Shown here: positions 24,598 to 38,427 of the stretch, in pieces | Numbering within the stretch: position 1 is the stretch's first letter | Layout: every line of letters begins with the position of its first letter | Assembly (NCBI GenBank): GCA_028534125.1 | Contig: CM052816.1 | Coordinates: 3,970,001-4,034,000, forward strand | DNA from: Lama glama | Lineage: Eukaryota | Length of the DNA stretch: 64,000 nt | Direction of reading: 5' to 3' | Notes under the pieces: model-generated | What the model was told of the DNA's origin: nothing | Databases searched by the model: none | What the model saw: the letters and a program-made list of their open reading frames with translations, nothing else | Translations under genes and position numbers: made by a program

Positions 24598-25879
24598 AGT
24601 TGGGACAATTAACTGCTGTTAAAATGGAAAAGCTATTTCTAAGGAAAGTGCACGGAGCCAACTGTCACCAATAATCAACAGAGGGAAAGAACTTCATGAG
24701 ATCAGCAGGTGTCATATCGGTTGGAGACAATGGAGCAACATGCTCAGCACAATCTCTATCCCATGGTGAATACCAGGGGGAAAAAAATGCTAGCAAGAGT
24801 GGATGCCTGAACAAGTAAGTGTCAACAAATACTAAAGGAGGAGGCAGGAGACTAATCTATTCATTAATGTCGAACCAGAGTAGAACTCAACTGGGGGCCA
24901 AGAAATGCAACTTAGTTTTTCAGTTTTCACAGCCATTTATAAATAAAATGCTTATCTGGTTTCTTCACCAGGACCAATACTGATCATCTTCCCTTTAATG
25001 GATTGCATATTCATGGAGAAACACTAACCATCCTCCCCTATGACCACCTTGTGAGGATTTGCTTCTAGTCAGTTACATGTCCCTGTCATATACAAAGTTT
25101 TCTGGGGAGTAATTTTAGGAATATAGGTCTGCAGAGTTTGTAATTGGGCATAACGGAAAGTGTTCCATTTCATCTTTCCAGCAATAGTAATTTAATCATC
25201 CAGAATATTTTTGAAGTACAGCAAATGGGCTAAGAATTTCAGATGACCCCATGTACAGTCATCTTCAAAAAGAATATGTTTTCTTTACTTAAGAGATTTA
25301 CCAGTTGGATAATCTATTTTAATTAAAATTAAATAAGTGTTTTTAAATTTTAAATATCCAATGGAATGTCTCAGTGTGGATAGATACAAAGCATACCAAT
25401 TTCCCTCTTCAAAACAAGGAAATTTCCTTTTCCTTTCTAAAGAAAGTAATTTTAGGAATATAAACCAGACTTAGAGAATCAGAGTAAAGGATACAAACAC
25501 CTCTTGGCCCAAACCAGTAATTATTCAATTAAGTATCTAACAGTCCCCGACCATATTAAAACTAATTGAGTCACTTCTCTTTGTTCATTCTATGAGGCAG
25601 TTAAATACACACAGCTGCTTTGCAGGTTCCCCTGCTACCAATGGTAGCAAATAGTATTTAACGGAGGCAGCCATGATCATGTGTCTAAGCCATTCATTTA
25701 TTCATTTGCTCATTTAGTACAAGTATGAGTGTCTACCACAGCCCAGGGAACATGCCAACTATGGAACTATGCTGTCCCATAAAATAAAAAGCTCTTCTCC
25801 CTACACAGATACTACCAACACTGTAGCTCTATTTTGTGTTGCTTCGGAAAGGATGATGTGTTGCTTTAGGATGAGCAAG

Positions 25880-26335
25880 TCAAAGCATATCAGATTTTGC
25901 CTTTCAGATGTTCATTCTGCCTTCCTTTTACAAGAGAATCATCCTTACTTTGCTTAGAAAGCCACCTCATCCCTGTTTCCAGTTTACTTGCTTTGGCTGG
26001 GCCTGACTGCACCCCTGGGTGCCAGAAATGGTCACACGACTCAGGTCTAGTCTAGCAGCATATTATTTTCACTAATGACTGGTTCATATCTGGGATAGGA
26101 CCTGAACCATGCAAATGACACTCACCTGTGGGATTTACGTTAGCAGTACCGGGAAACAAATTTTACCTGCTAAAATTGCTAGACTTTGGATGATGTAAGG
26201 CTGGAACTCACAGAGATACTGTAGCCATTGGTAGAATAAGGAAATCAAGCATGAGAAAAATAAAAGTGTGGATGACATCCTTCAATCCATTTCCTGGATC
26301 TAGCCATACCTGAAGCTGGCCCTAAACTCTAGATT
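25880..26335 (+). mobile_element. MaLR LTR (MLT1K-like)
   Basis: tgactggttca...gatgtaaggctggaact...ctggatctagccatacctgaagctggcc. Confidence 0.7.
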
Positions 26336-29064
26336 TAAATCAAAAGGCACACAAACACACTCCGTATCATTCCTCCTGCCTTATTATTTTGTTAATCTGA
26401 TATTCTATATATTGCACATGTTTATTTCCTGCTTGGATTCTTCCCCTTCTCTCTCCCCCACTATAGAATATAAGGTTCACAAAGACCTTTTTTTCCCTAG
26501 GGGGAGGTCTATTTTGTTCACTACTGCATTTCTGCATCTAGAACAGGACCTAACACATGGCAGTCACTCAATACTTTTTTTCCAAAATAAATAGGAACCA
26601 TTTCCTTCCCAATCTTCCTTCCTACTATTACCATTATCCTCGTCCCCCCACCCCCGCCCAACACGCACACAGGGTATCCACTCACTGAGCATGCTACTCA
26701 ATGACCCCAAATCCTCTTAGGATTATCATTCCTTGCATTCAATTTATACATTTTTTCCACACTTTTTTCTTGATCTTAATTATCACAAAGAGATGTTAGA
26801 AATAAGTAGCAAGATGTTTATGGTGCATAAATCCTGAAACCAGCCTTGCGATAGTTCAATAACCCATTCCCTACATGAATTAGAGGTCGCCATTTATATT
26901 TCTAAACATAACACTCTCCAAAATACCAACATGCAAAATGCCTCTCTCTCTCTCTCCCCCACATCTATTTTTCTATCAACATCACCTAGTAGTCTCTAGA
27001 GTTCTGTACGTATTCAGGAAATGTCTGCTGAATGCTGAAAGTTGAGTAGATGGAAGTTAATTGGTGAAAATTCCACTTTGTAACACTATATTGAGTTTTC
27101 ACTAACGCCTATGTCTGTAATTCTGGGAACTGCCTCCTAATTAAACCGCTTTGGTCTATGGGTTTGCCCTAATAATGACTTTTGATTCCAATTAATACAA
27201 TGCAGTGGGGAACTAATTACTAATTCACTGTAAAAAAAAATTCCTCTGTATTAAAGGAGAAAAGGGTGGAGCAGATTGGGTCCAAAATGCTACTGGCAGG
27301 AAAGGTATTCTTAATTATTTTTTCCCTAGCACTGAAACGCGCCCCCTCTGTGGACTGCCTATGCTTGTACTATGTAAATGTATCTATGATTGATTTTTAA
27401 AACAGCACACCAGGGTATGTTCAGCCCCTGAACAAGAAAAATATCATCCCACTGTAAATATCCAGTGGAGCAGTAAAACTGTTTCTTCTCTGCCCTGCGT
27501 AACTGCAGAACCCAGAGAGAGAAGGGATGTTTCCCAAATCTGGCTTCCCATTAGATTGAATAAATGTCAACTTGAAAACCAGGAAACAAAAATGCCATTA
27601 TGAGGTCTTCTGAAATATAAAATATTCAAAAGGCTTCGCGGCTCACGAAGAAATCCTGAAACTGCTGGCACCTTCCAGCTTCTACCTGCAGGTGAATGTT
27701 TTTAAAAGTTTCCATTCTAATTGCACACTGTTCTGTGCATGCGCTTATTCCCAAACCACACACTCTATGGGTTTCCCGTGATAATGGCATTGGATGCCTA
27801 TTAATATGGTGCTGTGGAAAAACCAATCTGTTGGATGAGCAGTTCTCAGCATCACAAGAGGCAAACTTGGGGCACAATGCTGTTGCCAGTTGTTGGCTGA
27901 TGTGGTTTTTTTTTTTTAATTCTCATTAAATCATGAATAAAAATGCACCCTGCTGAAGGTGGTACATACTGGTCAATGTGGTATCTCATCTTATCCGGGA
28001 GGAAGGAAAGACTAGACAATGCATTAGAGAATATTCCAGCAATAAAATATATTTTTTTAAAACAAGGAAGAAAAATCCGTATTAAGTATATATTCAGGAG
28101 TACTCATTAGTATATAACTTAGGCTCCAAAAATTTCACACAGTAGTAGATTCCTGTGTGGATTATTTGGGGGCTGGCCATCATGACATGGTGCTACCTGG
28201 AGCCACCAATTTTTGCCTGACTAGGTAGCTATACTTTTTGTAGCTTTTTGGAGATTCCCATCCAGGAGAAGTAACATAGGAGATGCACTTGGTACTCTCA
28301 TCACTTTCTATCTCCATATTCCCCAATAAGATGACTTAGACGAGAGCATCAAATAGTCCTTCCTCCTGAGAAATACTTCAGGATGCTTGTACTTTCCCAA
28401 CACTTCTCAAGGTCACTTTCCCAAAACAAAGAGGAATGAATTCTGGTAGACAGAAGAAGCAAACACCAACCTTAGCATCCTTTCCTACTTCCTAGATTTT
28501 TTTTTTAAGAAATGCACAGATGAATTTGATACACCTGACTGTTCGATTTTGCATCTCTTACATGACTGAAGCTCTTGAAGCTCTGCTCTTATTTGTTGGT
28601 TTCCTACATCTCTTCATTTGTGAGCTGTTCATTCATATGCTTTGTCCATTTCATCATCGGATTATTTGGGGGAAGTATTTCTTATGTCAAGTTAACAAGC
28701 AGGGAAAAGAGTACGGATCTAATTTGGGAGAAATCTGAAGAAGGATCTACTGGGTATACGCTCTCAGTGTTAGATTTGCTAACAGCACAATCTAAATGTG
28801 AACCAGAAGCTATTAGCTGAACATTTCAATTTTTATTAACAGGGTCTACAGCTCTACATCTGATTTCCCACATGGAATTTTTATTTATACAATAAAAGCT
28901 ATAGAAATGAACAATCTGGACCATGTTGCAGGCTTCTGGATATTTAAAAGAACTTAGGATCCTTTGTGTTTCCTGCCCTGCCCATAATGGACTGTGATCA
29001 CCCATGTGGGCTAAGCCCCCTCTAGTTACACACAGACCCCAAGCCAGTAAACATCCTTCTGGTC

Positions 29065-29270
29065 CAGGTTTTCTCAGCCTTGGCATTATGGGCGTTTTGG
29101 GCTGGATAATTCTTTGCTGTGAGGGGCATCCTGTGTGCTGAAGGATGTTAAGCAGCACCCCTGGCCTCTTCCCACTACATGCCTTAGCACCTCCCTCAAT
29201 TATGGTAATTAACTCCAGACACATGTGCCCCCCCACCAAGGACAAAACTGCCTCCATCAGAAAGCCACTA
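29065..29270 (-). mobile_element. MER20 hAT-Charlie element
   Basis: caggttttctcagccttggca...ggataattctttgctgtgaggggcatcctgtg...ctggcctcttcccactacatgcc matches reverse MER20. Confidence 0.9.
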
Positions 29271-29689
29271 GCCCAACTTATGCAGAGAACTCTTTAATCG
29301 TCTCCAAACAAAAACGCCTCCAGTTGAAAATGACTAATCTAGTTTATACACAGAAATTTTTGATAGTCTTCAAGATGGAAACTCAGTCTCAACCACAGCA
29401 AGCCATTTTCCTAAATGCAACAAAACCAACAATAACATCAAAAAAAAAAAAAAAAACCCAAAGCAAGCAGCTTGACCATGGAAAGAAACACTGGAGGAGA
29501 ATGTTGAGTTTATATGGCTGATAACTTTGGGAAAGTTAACTCTATTACACAGTGTGTCCTGTGGTTATACTTCCAAGAAAAAAGGAAGTAAATAAAGCAA
29601 CCTACAATTTCCAAGAAGATCGATTTGAAAGATACTTGAGAAATCACCACAAAATGACTGCACCAATAACAGTGATTTGAGTTCCCTGT

Positions 29690-30500
29690 CCCACAAGGCC
29701 TCTCTCTCACTCACTCCTGACTTGTAATCCATCACCCCGTCATCTTGGTGTTTGCCTGAAAAAAAACACTTTGAGTTGATCCTCTTTGTTTCCATGTCCT
29801 TCACCATCCTACCAGATGGAGTCCGCACCATCTTTTACGTGGTCAGAACTTCCTAAGTAGTCCTCAGTGTCCACGTAGGTTCTCCTCCAGTCTATACAAG
29901 CAAGGACAGCCGGAGGAACCTTAAAAAACATGCCACGCCACTTCTGCCAGCCTTGTGTCTTAAACTCTTCAATGGCTTCCCATTGCTCTAGAATAAGCCC
30001 AATGTTGGTACCAGAGTTCAAAGACTCTCTAGAACAAGGGATCAGCCTACAACCAACCATGCAGTTTTTTGGCCATTTTTCTTTTGCTCATTACTCATTA
30101 GTCACACTGATGTGTGATGAACACCGATGAGTTCCTCCACGTCCTCTCCCACCTTAGTCTCTTCATACATGCCTTCCCTCTGCCAGAAGGTTCTGATTTC
30201 TATTCTCATGACCGGCTCCTTCTCATCTCTAAGTTCTAGCTCCAGTATCACCTTCCCTGATATTCTAATCTGATCTTTTCCCCTCTTTTCCCTTCTTCTA
30301 TACCCATGTTTTTTGCCTTCACAACACGCATCCCAGTTCAATGCTTCATTTACTATGTATACAACTATATGCTTAACATTCATCTCACAGATCAGACTAA
30401 AATTCTATGAACTCAGGGATCACATGTGTCTTATTTGTGACAACATAGCGCCTCACCCACAGCACAAGTGAGATACAGATAATTGGAGATGCGAATGATC
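29690..30500 (+). mobile_element. L2 LINE fragment
   Basis: cttaaactcttcaatggcttcccattgctctagaataagccc; L2-type tail near 30400-30500. Confidence 0.75.
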
Positions 30501-32360
30501 AACTGCCCCTCAATTACCCTCACATCTCATAAGCACAGCAGAAAAAGCCAGCTCCTGTATAAAGCTAAACATGCTTCACTGAGGATGCAAAGCACCTAAT
30601 TATCCCAGAGCAAAGAAAAGATCCAGCCTGCTATTTCTCAAGGTAGGCGCAGGGGGGTAAATGAGAGCTTGATTGTAAAACCACTCAGGGTCTTCCCCGC
30701 CTCTTCAAAGGGCAAAGCTGATCCATCATTTGTCACCCAAGTGTTCTCTCCCATCCTCCCTTTACTCCCCGAAGTTTTGTTATGCTGTGGTCAATACTCG
30801 CCAGCCAGTGCTGCAGAGGGTAACAGGCCAGCGCAGGGAGCCTACAGCTCTCTCTGCATTTTTATGCCCTTCATTACAACAAGTGGGCTATTTTTATACC
30901 CGTTAGCTGCTAACAACTGGCAAAACCTCAGGCTTGGAATAAAATATGACAAGGGCCAAGAGAGGTAACAATAACATTGCTTGCGCTGCCGCCAGCTTGC
31001 CATTAGTGGGGGGGGGGGTGAGGAAGAGGCAGGGAGAGGGATGAAGAAGGAAAGGAGGCTCTTGGGAACCCAGCAAAGACATTGTGCCGGGGTAGACAGG
31101 CAGGTAGCTTACCTGGCCTGCCCATCCGCCTGTGACCCACCTCACTCTCCATCTGCTAACCCCCTGGCCTGAAATCCCTCAAGATACCAAATCTTGGAAA
31201 AGCCTCACAGCCTGGCAGGGCCTCCCACTTCTTAAGGCCAAACAGCTGTAAGGTGTTTATTTCTCACAAATAATACAACCTACAAAAACAAACAAACAAA
31301 CAAACAAAAAACCCACAGAGCTCTTTCACTACAACGTATTTGCACAGGAGGGAAGAGAAGCAGCCGCAAGGATGTTTGTGGCTTTGTGGATTAATAACAG
31401 AAATATGAAAACAATCTAAATGCTTATCATAGAGTAATGGCACGTAAAGTTTGGCACATTCATGCCTTGGAATGTGACTGCATGACTGTCATTAATTCTG
31501 CACATCATCTGGCGGAAGCAGCACGGGGAGCTGTCAGGAATGTGAATCTGAACCCTGAGACCAGGTCAATGTATCCAGGTTCTCTAAACACATTCTCACC
31601 ATCTTACCACCTATTCAAGTTACTTGGTATCACTGTATCGAAGTGGGATATGCAGGATGAGTACCTGTGACCCAAACGATGTACGTTTCCTGAAGTGCTA
31701 AGCAGCGCAGTGGTACAAATGCATGCCAATCATCTAAAGTGAAAAAAAACCTCACACGTCACTGCTAGCTGACACGACATATAGTTTACTACTGACACGT
31801 ATCCATTATACATTCTAAGTGGATTTACTGTCCACTTTCATTAGCAAAATGTAAGCCTATGCCCTACACAGTTCAGGGCACATACCACACACACAATGAG
31901 TGTTTTTAAATGCATGAAGGGTAAGTCAATGCTATGTCACCATGGAAAGAGTGCAGTGAATCCACACAGACTGACACAGGATTTTACAACTGCTCTTTTT
32001 TGTTTAAAAAAACTACAAAGGTATGAGGTACACACCATCTCTGCAGCATGAAGGACACACCAGAAAGGGGGGGGAGGTGACAGTGAGTGCCCAGTGATCA
32101 CGTCCTCTGCAAGGACCGACTGACTGACTTTCCCTGAAAAAAGTTCTAAGCCATGGCTAAGGTTTTGAAATTCAAAGCCTTGTATACAATGAAATAAATA
32201 CCGTCACAGTCCTCTTTCACCATTTGGAGGTGCCTTTGAGGGAGCAGTTTGCTACGTCATGACATGCCAAGGTGTCTCTTTAGAAGAAAACGGACTAACC
32301 CAGAAGATGTGGAGCCACCATATAAACAGAGACTCTGCAGTCATAAACACACACAGACGT

Positions 32361-32493
32361 AGAGAGAGAGAGAGAGAAGGGGAGAGAGAGAGGGAAAGAG
32401 ACAGGAATAGAGAGAGGGAGAGAGAAGGAGTGAGAGAGGGAGAGAGAGGGAGAGAGAAGGAGGTGGGGGGAGAGATGGAGGGAGAGAGAAGGA
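32361..32493 (+). repeat. GA-rich polypurine simple repeat
   Basis: About 130 nt of imperfect (GA)n with few pyrimidines. Confidence 0.95.
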
Positions 32494-32614
32494 GTGCATG
32501 TACCAGCAAGCCTGGCGCTCACTCTGAGCTGGTTGGGACATAGAAGACTACAGAGTAAAATGGTTTTGAGAACAAGGTCACCATTATGATCACACTGGAT
32601 TGAAAGCACCTGAT

Positions 32615-32790
32615 ATAGTTACAGGACTTTGGGCAAGTCATTTATTCCCTCTGAGGTCAGCGTCACCATCTTAAGGAATGGGCTTAATAACTCAAACCAA
32701 CACAGTGCCATTTTAAGAACCGACTGTGTACATAAGGAACTGAGGACAGCATCTGGCACAGGGCAAGTGTTGAAAAAATGAGTTACATGG
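32615..32790 (+). mobile_element. MIR SINE
   Basis: gactttgggcaagtcatttattccctctgaggtcag...atctggcacagggcaagtgttgaaaaaatg. Confidence 0.8.
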
Positions 32791-34052
32791 TTTTATGTGA
32801 GGTTCTGACAAAGAGTTTCACGTTCTGAGGGCACATTTAGCATTGCTCCATTTTCAAGTCATCCACTAAACCAATATGGCGCCTCAACGATGACACGTAT
32901 TTCACAAAGAAGGGGCCGACATGGGAGGGGTGTGGGAACGGCTCCTTTCAAACCTATTTTCATGTGTGAAAAATAATTAAAAGCATGCCAGCTAGAACAG
33001 AATGTCTTGTCCCTCCCAATCGTCATGTCCTCTCCATCCTGGAACCTGGCACGTACCGAAGCTAGAACAGCAAATGGAGCCTTCGGTAACGCTACCCAAT
33101 GATGAAAAGGAGACATTCACTATTGCAAGCACTACACTGTGCAGGAATCATGGAGCAGGAGCCGACGTAGGCACTGTGAAGGTCTGGCTCCCTTGACTTT
33201 AGCACTCTCTGCCGTTGTTTTATGTGCACCACACTAATAAAAATGTTTTAAACACGCATCTCTATGAATATTTATCAATTATACGTATGCACTTGTACTA
33301 ACATAGAATATACACTCTAAACTTTTAAAAGAGACATTTTAAAGGGATGAGAAAAAGAATCCAAAAGAAATCCTGGCACTTTATTCTGTGCCGAGGGGTG
33401 GCTTGTACATATCACAGAACAGGAGGGTCCCCCAGTGACGAACACTGTTTTGGAAAATCCTCTCTCTGAAGACCTCTGCACCCTCAGGATGTGAAGCCCC
33501 CCCCCCCCCCCCGTCCTTGCTGAAGCAGGGGAGGCTGAGATGGGGGAGCAAAAGGCCAAGCCATGATGTCAAATCTGCCCTCAGACCCGTTCTATTTGGC
33601 TCAAGTTACTTCTGGTTTTAGTTGTCCACATTTTACAATCAGGATTTTTTTTTTTTGACCTAAAAAAATGATCAAGTCCAGAACCCTGGGTCTCCGTGTC
33701 TGCCGGTATTTGGCTGGACCTGAGCCACAGCCATACACTGACCTTTACTGCAGTCTTTCCAAATCTGTTTCCCTCAATTGCTAAACCTGCTCTAACTCTA
33801 AAGGCATTTGAGTCTGTAACACCGTACAGATTCTGGGAGCTCTGAGCCACAAGGAAAGAGGAGGAAGATGTCTAAAAAGAGGTAAATTTCTTCACTCCAC
33901 GTCTCTTGGAGAAGCAACAATATGGGAGAGAAAGCCATCCTGGGTTTTCAGCCACGGGGACCTGAGTTCACTGTACTCTGCCCCTGGGATCAGATTAAAG
34001 GGCTCGGTGAACATTTCTCTTGATCTAGTGTCTGTGCCTGTTCAGCTGAGAG

Positions 34053-34560
34053 CAGGGCCAGTTTGTCACAACAGCCTCGCACAGTGCACTGGAGTCACAC
34101 TAGGATCTAAGACTAAGGAAAACCGTGCACTCCTGGAAGCACGTGTCATAACTTCCCATATTCTGAATCAAGTACAAAAACATAATAAAAGCTCTACACT
34201 CACACACACGAAATGACTGTATGTTAAGTCCCACTTGGCCTAATGTGTTCATGACTATTTGAGGGGGGACTGAGGCAGGGAGGAGGACAGCCACGCCGGC
34301 TGAGGACCACTGATAAACTGTTCCCGCTGCACTGTAACACAGGGTCACACGGCAAACAACTTGTTATTTAATACTTTTAATCTTTTGTTAATCGTGGATT
34401 TTTACATCAATTTTGATCTTTTCCAAAAAATCTGGCACTAAAACAGGATTTATCTGAATTGCATCCCCTGAAGGTAGCTGGCATCCCCTCAAGGTTTGTG
34501 CCTGAAGGGGGTGCCTCCTCCCGTCCCTGTGGCTCTAGCCTCACCCAGGTACCAGGCCTC
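34053..34560. mobile_element. hAT-Tip100 element (MER115/Zaphod-like), degenerate
   Basis: Starts cagggccag and ends gcctcacccaggtaccaggcct, resembling CAGGGCC...GGCCCTG termini. Confidence 0.4.
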
Positions 34561-35645
34561 CCTCTTAAGCTCTGGGACCCAGTGCTGAGGTTAGCTTTTA
34601 CATCTTATTCACGGGAGGGCCCTGGCATCGCCCCCACACTGAGGCCACGGCAGGCCCCAGGGATGCTGAGGGCGCTCCCACATGACAAGCTTTGCCCACG
34701 TGGTCCGTGGCCTGGGAATTATGTTCACACTCCAGGGAGGACATAACTGGGAATTCACATTCACCTACGCACCAAACAAGACATCCGACAACCTTACAGA
34801 GGCAGCAGCAGCTCTCACACTACTGATTTTAGCTCTAGGGACTTATTTTAAGTTTTTTATCAATTTTTCTCACTCTCTTGGAATCCCATGATAACCCGTA
34901 AGTGCCTCATCTCCATTTGCCAGCAGTGAATTCTTTCCCACTTTTAAAAATCCCAAAGCTAAGTGGTCAAAGTGTCCTGCATGGCAAACGTCCCAGCCTC
35001 CACTTCTCCCACGGCAGAAGCGGGGCTAAAAACTCTGTTCTTCTAGATGATTAGACCCTTTGAAAGGTGCGGAGGAGAAACCAATTTAGCACAGGCAGTA
35101 AAACGGGAAGAGCCCATCATTGAATTACACTGGAGCCCGATTAAAAAGTTATGCTGGTGCTAAGATCCCTCTATTGATCTAGAGTGAGGGCAGTCACGGT
35201 CAGCAAAGAGCTGACAGGCTGCCGGGAGCTGCATTCCCCTGTTGTGACGTCTGACACCCCCCTCGCTGATCTTGGCATTGCTTCTTATTGCTGTGCGAGA
35301 AAACCGAGTTCAAGTCAGCCTGCTGGTGGTTTTGTTCTCTGTTCTGTATATGAGGAGAGATATACTATAAACAAACACAACAAGCCTAGAAATTACTCTG
35401 CATTTGCACTTTTAAGTTAAGGGAAGGCTGAGGAAAGAAGGGGTTAGGGGACGTGTCACCCTGGGTGATGGCCTGTGGGCAAAAAGAAGGAAGTTATCCC
35501 CCGTGTGTTCCCCAGCCTCCCCGACTTCCCCCTCACTGACCCCACTTCTACTGTTTTCTTCACTACAGAGAAACTCATCCTTGAGAAGGTAGAAGGGAAG
35601 AAAAAGTCCAATCTCTCTAGAGCAACTTTTCACCCTCTAAAGTAA

Positions 35646-35856
35646 AGGGCCACAAATTTCTTTCCATAAATATTAAATATTTTGGGCTTTGCAGGTCATA
35701 TCATCTCTTTGCGACTACTACAAGTTTGCCACTTGCACCCTCAAAATGCACAGCTAGAGATAATATACATAAACAAATAAGCGTGTCTGTGTTCATAACA
35801 CAAATAAGACTTCATTTATAAAAATAGGCTGATGGGCCACAGTTTGCCTGCCCCTG
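35646..35856. mobile_element. MER58A hAT-Charlie element
   Basis: aaatattttgggctttgcaggtcata...gggccacagtttgcctgcccctg. Confidence 0.85.
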
Positions 35857-36087
35857 CTCTAAAAGGCAACTGGTATTAAATCCCCCTTGACTCTTGAATG
35901 TTAAAAACAAACAAGCAAGCCAGCAAGCAAGAACTCTACTGCCAAGAAACAGAAATAGTCTTGAGCAGAAAGCAAGACTGAGTCTAAGAACAAAAGGCAT
36001 TCCTGAGCTTTGCAACTGCCTGCCTGTGCTCTTCTCATGGATGTTGTTATAATGGGGGCCTTATCTATGGATTTCCACAGGACTGTC

Positions 36088-36692
36088 AGCATATATCTGG
36101 AGAAAACTATAATTTGAAAAGACACATATACCCCAGTGTTCACAGCAGCACTATTTACAATAGCCAAGACATGGAAGCAATCTAAAATGTCCATCGACAG
36201 ATAACTGGATAAAGAAGATGTGGAATACTTCTTTATGGAATACTACTCAGCCATAAAAAAGAATAATGCCATTTACAGCAACATGTACGGACCTGGAGAT
36301 TGTCATTCTAAATGAAGTGAGCCAGAAAGAGAAAGAAAAATATTATATGATATCACTTATATGTAGAATCTTAAAAAAACAAAAGACACAAATGAACTTA
36401 TTTACCAAAACAGGGACAGACTCACAGACATAGAAAACAAACTTATCATTACCAGTGGGGAAGGTGGGGGGAGGGATAAACTGGGAGTTTGGGATTCGTG
36501 GATATCGACTATTACATATAAAATAGATAAGCAACAAGGTCCTACTGTATAGCACAGGGAACTATATTCAACACTTTGAAAAAAGAATATGAAAAGATAT
36601 ATATATGTATATCTATATAAATGAATCACTATGCTGCACACCAGAAATTAACACATCATTGTAAATTGACTATACTTCAATTAAAAAAAAAG
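36088..36692 (+). mobile_element. L1 3' end (camelid/artiodactyl type)
   Basis: gttcacagcagcactatttacaatagccaagacatggaagcaa; 3' UTR ending ttcaattaaaaaaaaa. Confidence 0.95.
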
Positions 36693-37109
36693 AAAATTCC
36701 AAGACAAGTGAAATTTTGCTTCTGCTAAGAAAGGAAAGCAAAAGTTTCATGCTGGATTTCATCCTTTCTCTCTTAGACATAAGCTTCAAGTTAAAAGTTC
36801 CCAGAAGTCGTATTCAGTTACCAGAGTGATGGTCTGCTGCCTGTCATGAGCTCTCTGGAAGATATGGCAACTCAAGGGCTAACCCACTGCACCTGTTGCA
36901 AAATCTGCCTGAGCCGCTGCTGCATTTAGCAAGCTAACTTTAGACTGTGAGCAAGGGGACAGCAGGAATCCATCATGTTCTCTGGGACATGCCCTTGGAT
37001 CATGGTCTCTTAACAGAAATAGCTCCCAAGGACTGCTCTCCTTGGCGAGTGAAAAGTCACACACATATACATCTCTCTTATTGTTAAGCTCAAAGATACT
37101 CCAAAGTAG

Positions 37110-37272
37110 TCGTTTTTAATATTTTCAAATCAGGGGTGACTTCAAGTACTTAATAAAAGCTATATACATGCCAGGGAAAAACAAATACACACATGTTTAC
37201 ATATAATTTTCAAAGGGTTCAAACAACTGTCTTCCAAGGCCTGTCCAAAGATCCCAGCATTAGAAACTCCTG
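37110..37272. mobile_element. hAT-Charlie MITE (MER103/MER117-like)
   Basis: aaagctatatacatgccagggaaaaa...ataattttcaaagggttca...gatcccagcattagaaactcctg. Confidence 0.5.
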
Positions 37273-37829
37273 TCTCAGAGAGATTATGTATTTCTTTGCA
37301 TTAAGTAAGACCAGAGCAAAGGTCTAGGCCAATCTACTTTCCCCCACAAGCTCCAAGATCCCCCACCCCCAGGCAGGATGGCAGCAAGACAACCCTTTCC
37401 CACCTGGAAAGGCCATGGAAGTTCAGCCCCAAGCGCCAGAGCTTTCTTGGGCAGGTCATAGTCTGATTTAAACTCCCTGCCCATGATGTTCTCCAAGAAA
37501 ACCCTGAAACGGGAAATATCTTTCCCCAAAGCAATGATCCATTGCCTCTTCCCGGGGATGACAAGGGTAGTTGCTGATTTTTGTGGAGTAACTTGAGGTG
37601 AGTTCAGATGGTCCTCCTTCTTTCTAAAAAGCTATCTCCATTAGAAACTCCTTATTTTAGCTTAATCTATTTTATCAATGCCAGTGGTACAGGCAACATG
37701 TGTAGCCTTATTACTTGAATGTTGCTTGACTTTGGCTGATGCTAAGAAGAGAGAGGTTGGTGTTTACTTTTTAGATAAAGGACTTATAGAAAGGGTAGGG
37801 TCTCTCCCACCAGCTATGTGACCGTGGGC

Positions 37830-38065
37830 CAATACTAACAATACCTAACATTTCTTGAGTGTCAGGCACTTTATAAAGTGTTCTCACTGCCTGAGGTGAC
37901 TCAGTCCTTCTCAGAGTCCTATCCAGTAGGTGCTTCAGCATCCTTACTGCAGACAAGGAGACTGGGACTTAGGGACAGGAAGGGACTTCCTTTGTATAAC
38001 TAGGAAGAAGACCACTGGACGTTCAAGCCCAGGTCCTCAGACATCAGGATCTGAAGTCTTATCTA
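37830..38065 (-). mobile_element. MIR SINE
   Basis: cctaacatttcttgagt...gcagacaaggagactgggacttagg...ttcaagcccaggtc. Confidence 0.65.
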
Positions 38066-38427
38066 TACCAAGCACGCTGCGTGCCGCATAAGCCTTAACC
38101 CTGCCTCCGCAAACAACTGGGGGACCATGGAGAGGTGACTCAATTTGGGAGCCTCAGCTCTGAAATTTAAAGTTGAAACTAGACACAACCTCCAAGATCC
38201 CTATCAGCTAACTTATTTTATAAAGTATGATCTTTCAAATTACCTTTAGTAGTACTACGGCCTTGGCTTACTTCATATATTGTTGTGAATTTCCATAATT
38301 TATAAGTAAAAACAAAAAAGGAAAGACAGCTTCAAAGATCAAACTCTAACATGAACTTTTAAATTTGGCTTGGTCAAATTTTGCAGATCTAAATTTTATC
38401 GTACATCATTAGGTTCTGCCAATTTAC

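Noticed and set aside
28160..28672. 14-bp direct repeat ggattatttggggg about 500 bp apart
   Set aside because: The enclosed sequence is not a single element with a tail; a chance match is plausible.
32252..32609. RE-rich and SL-rich ORFs
   Set aside because: Translations of the GA simple repeat.
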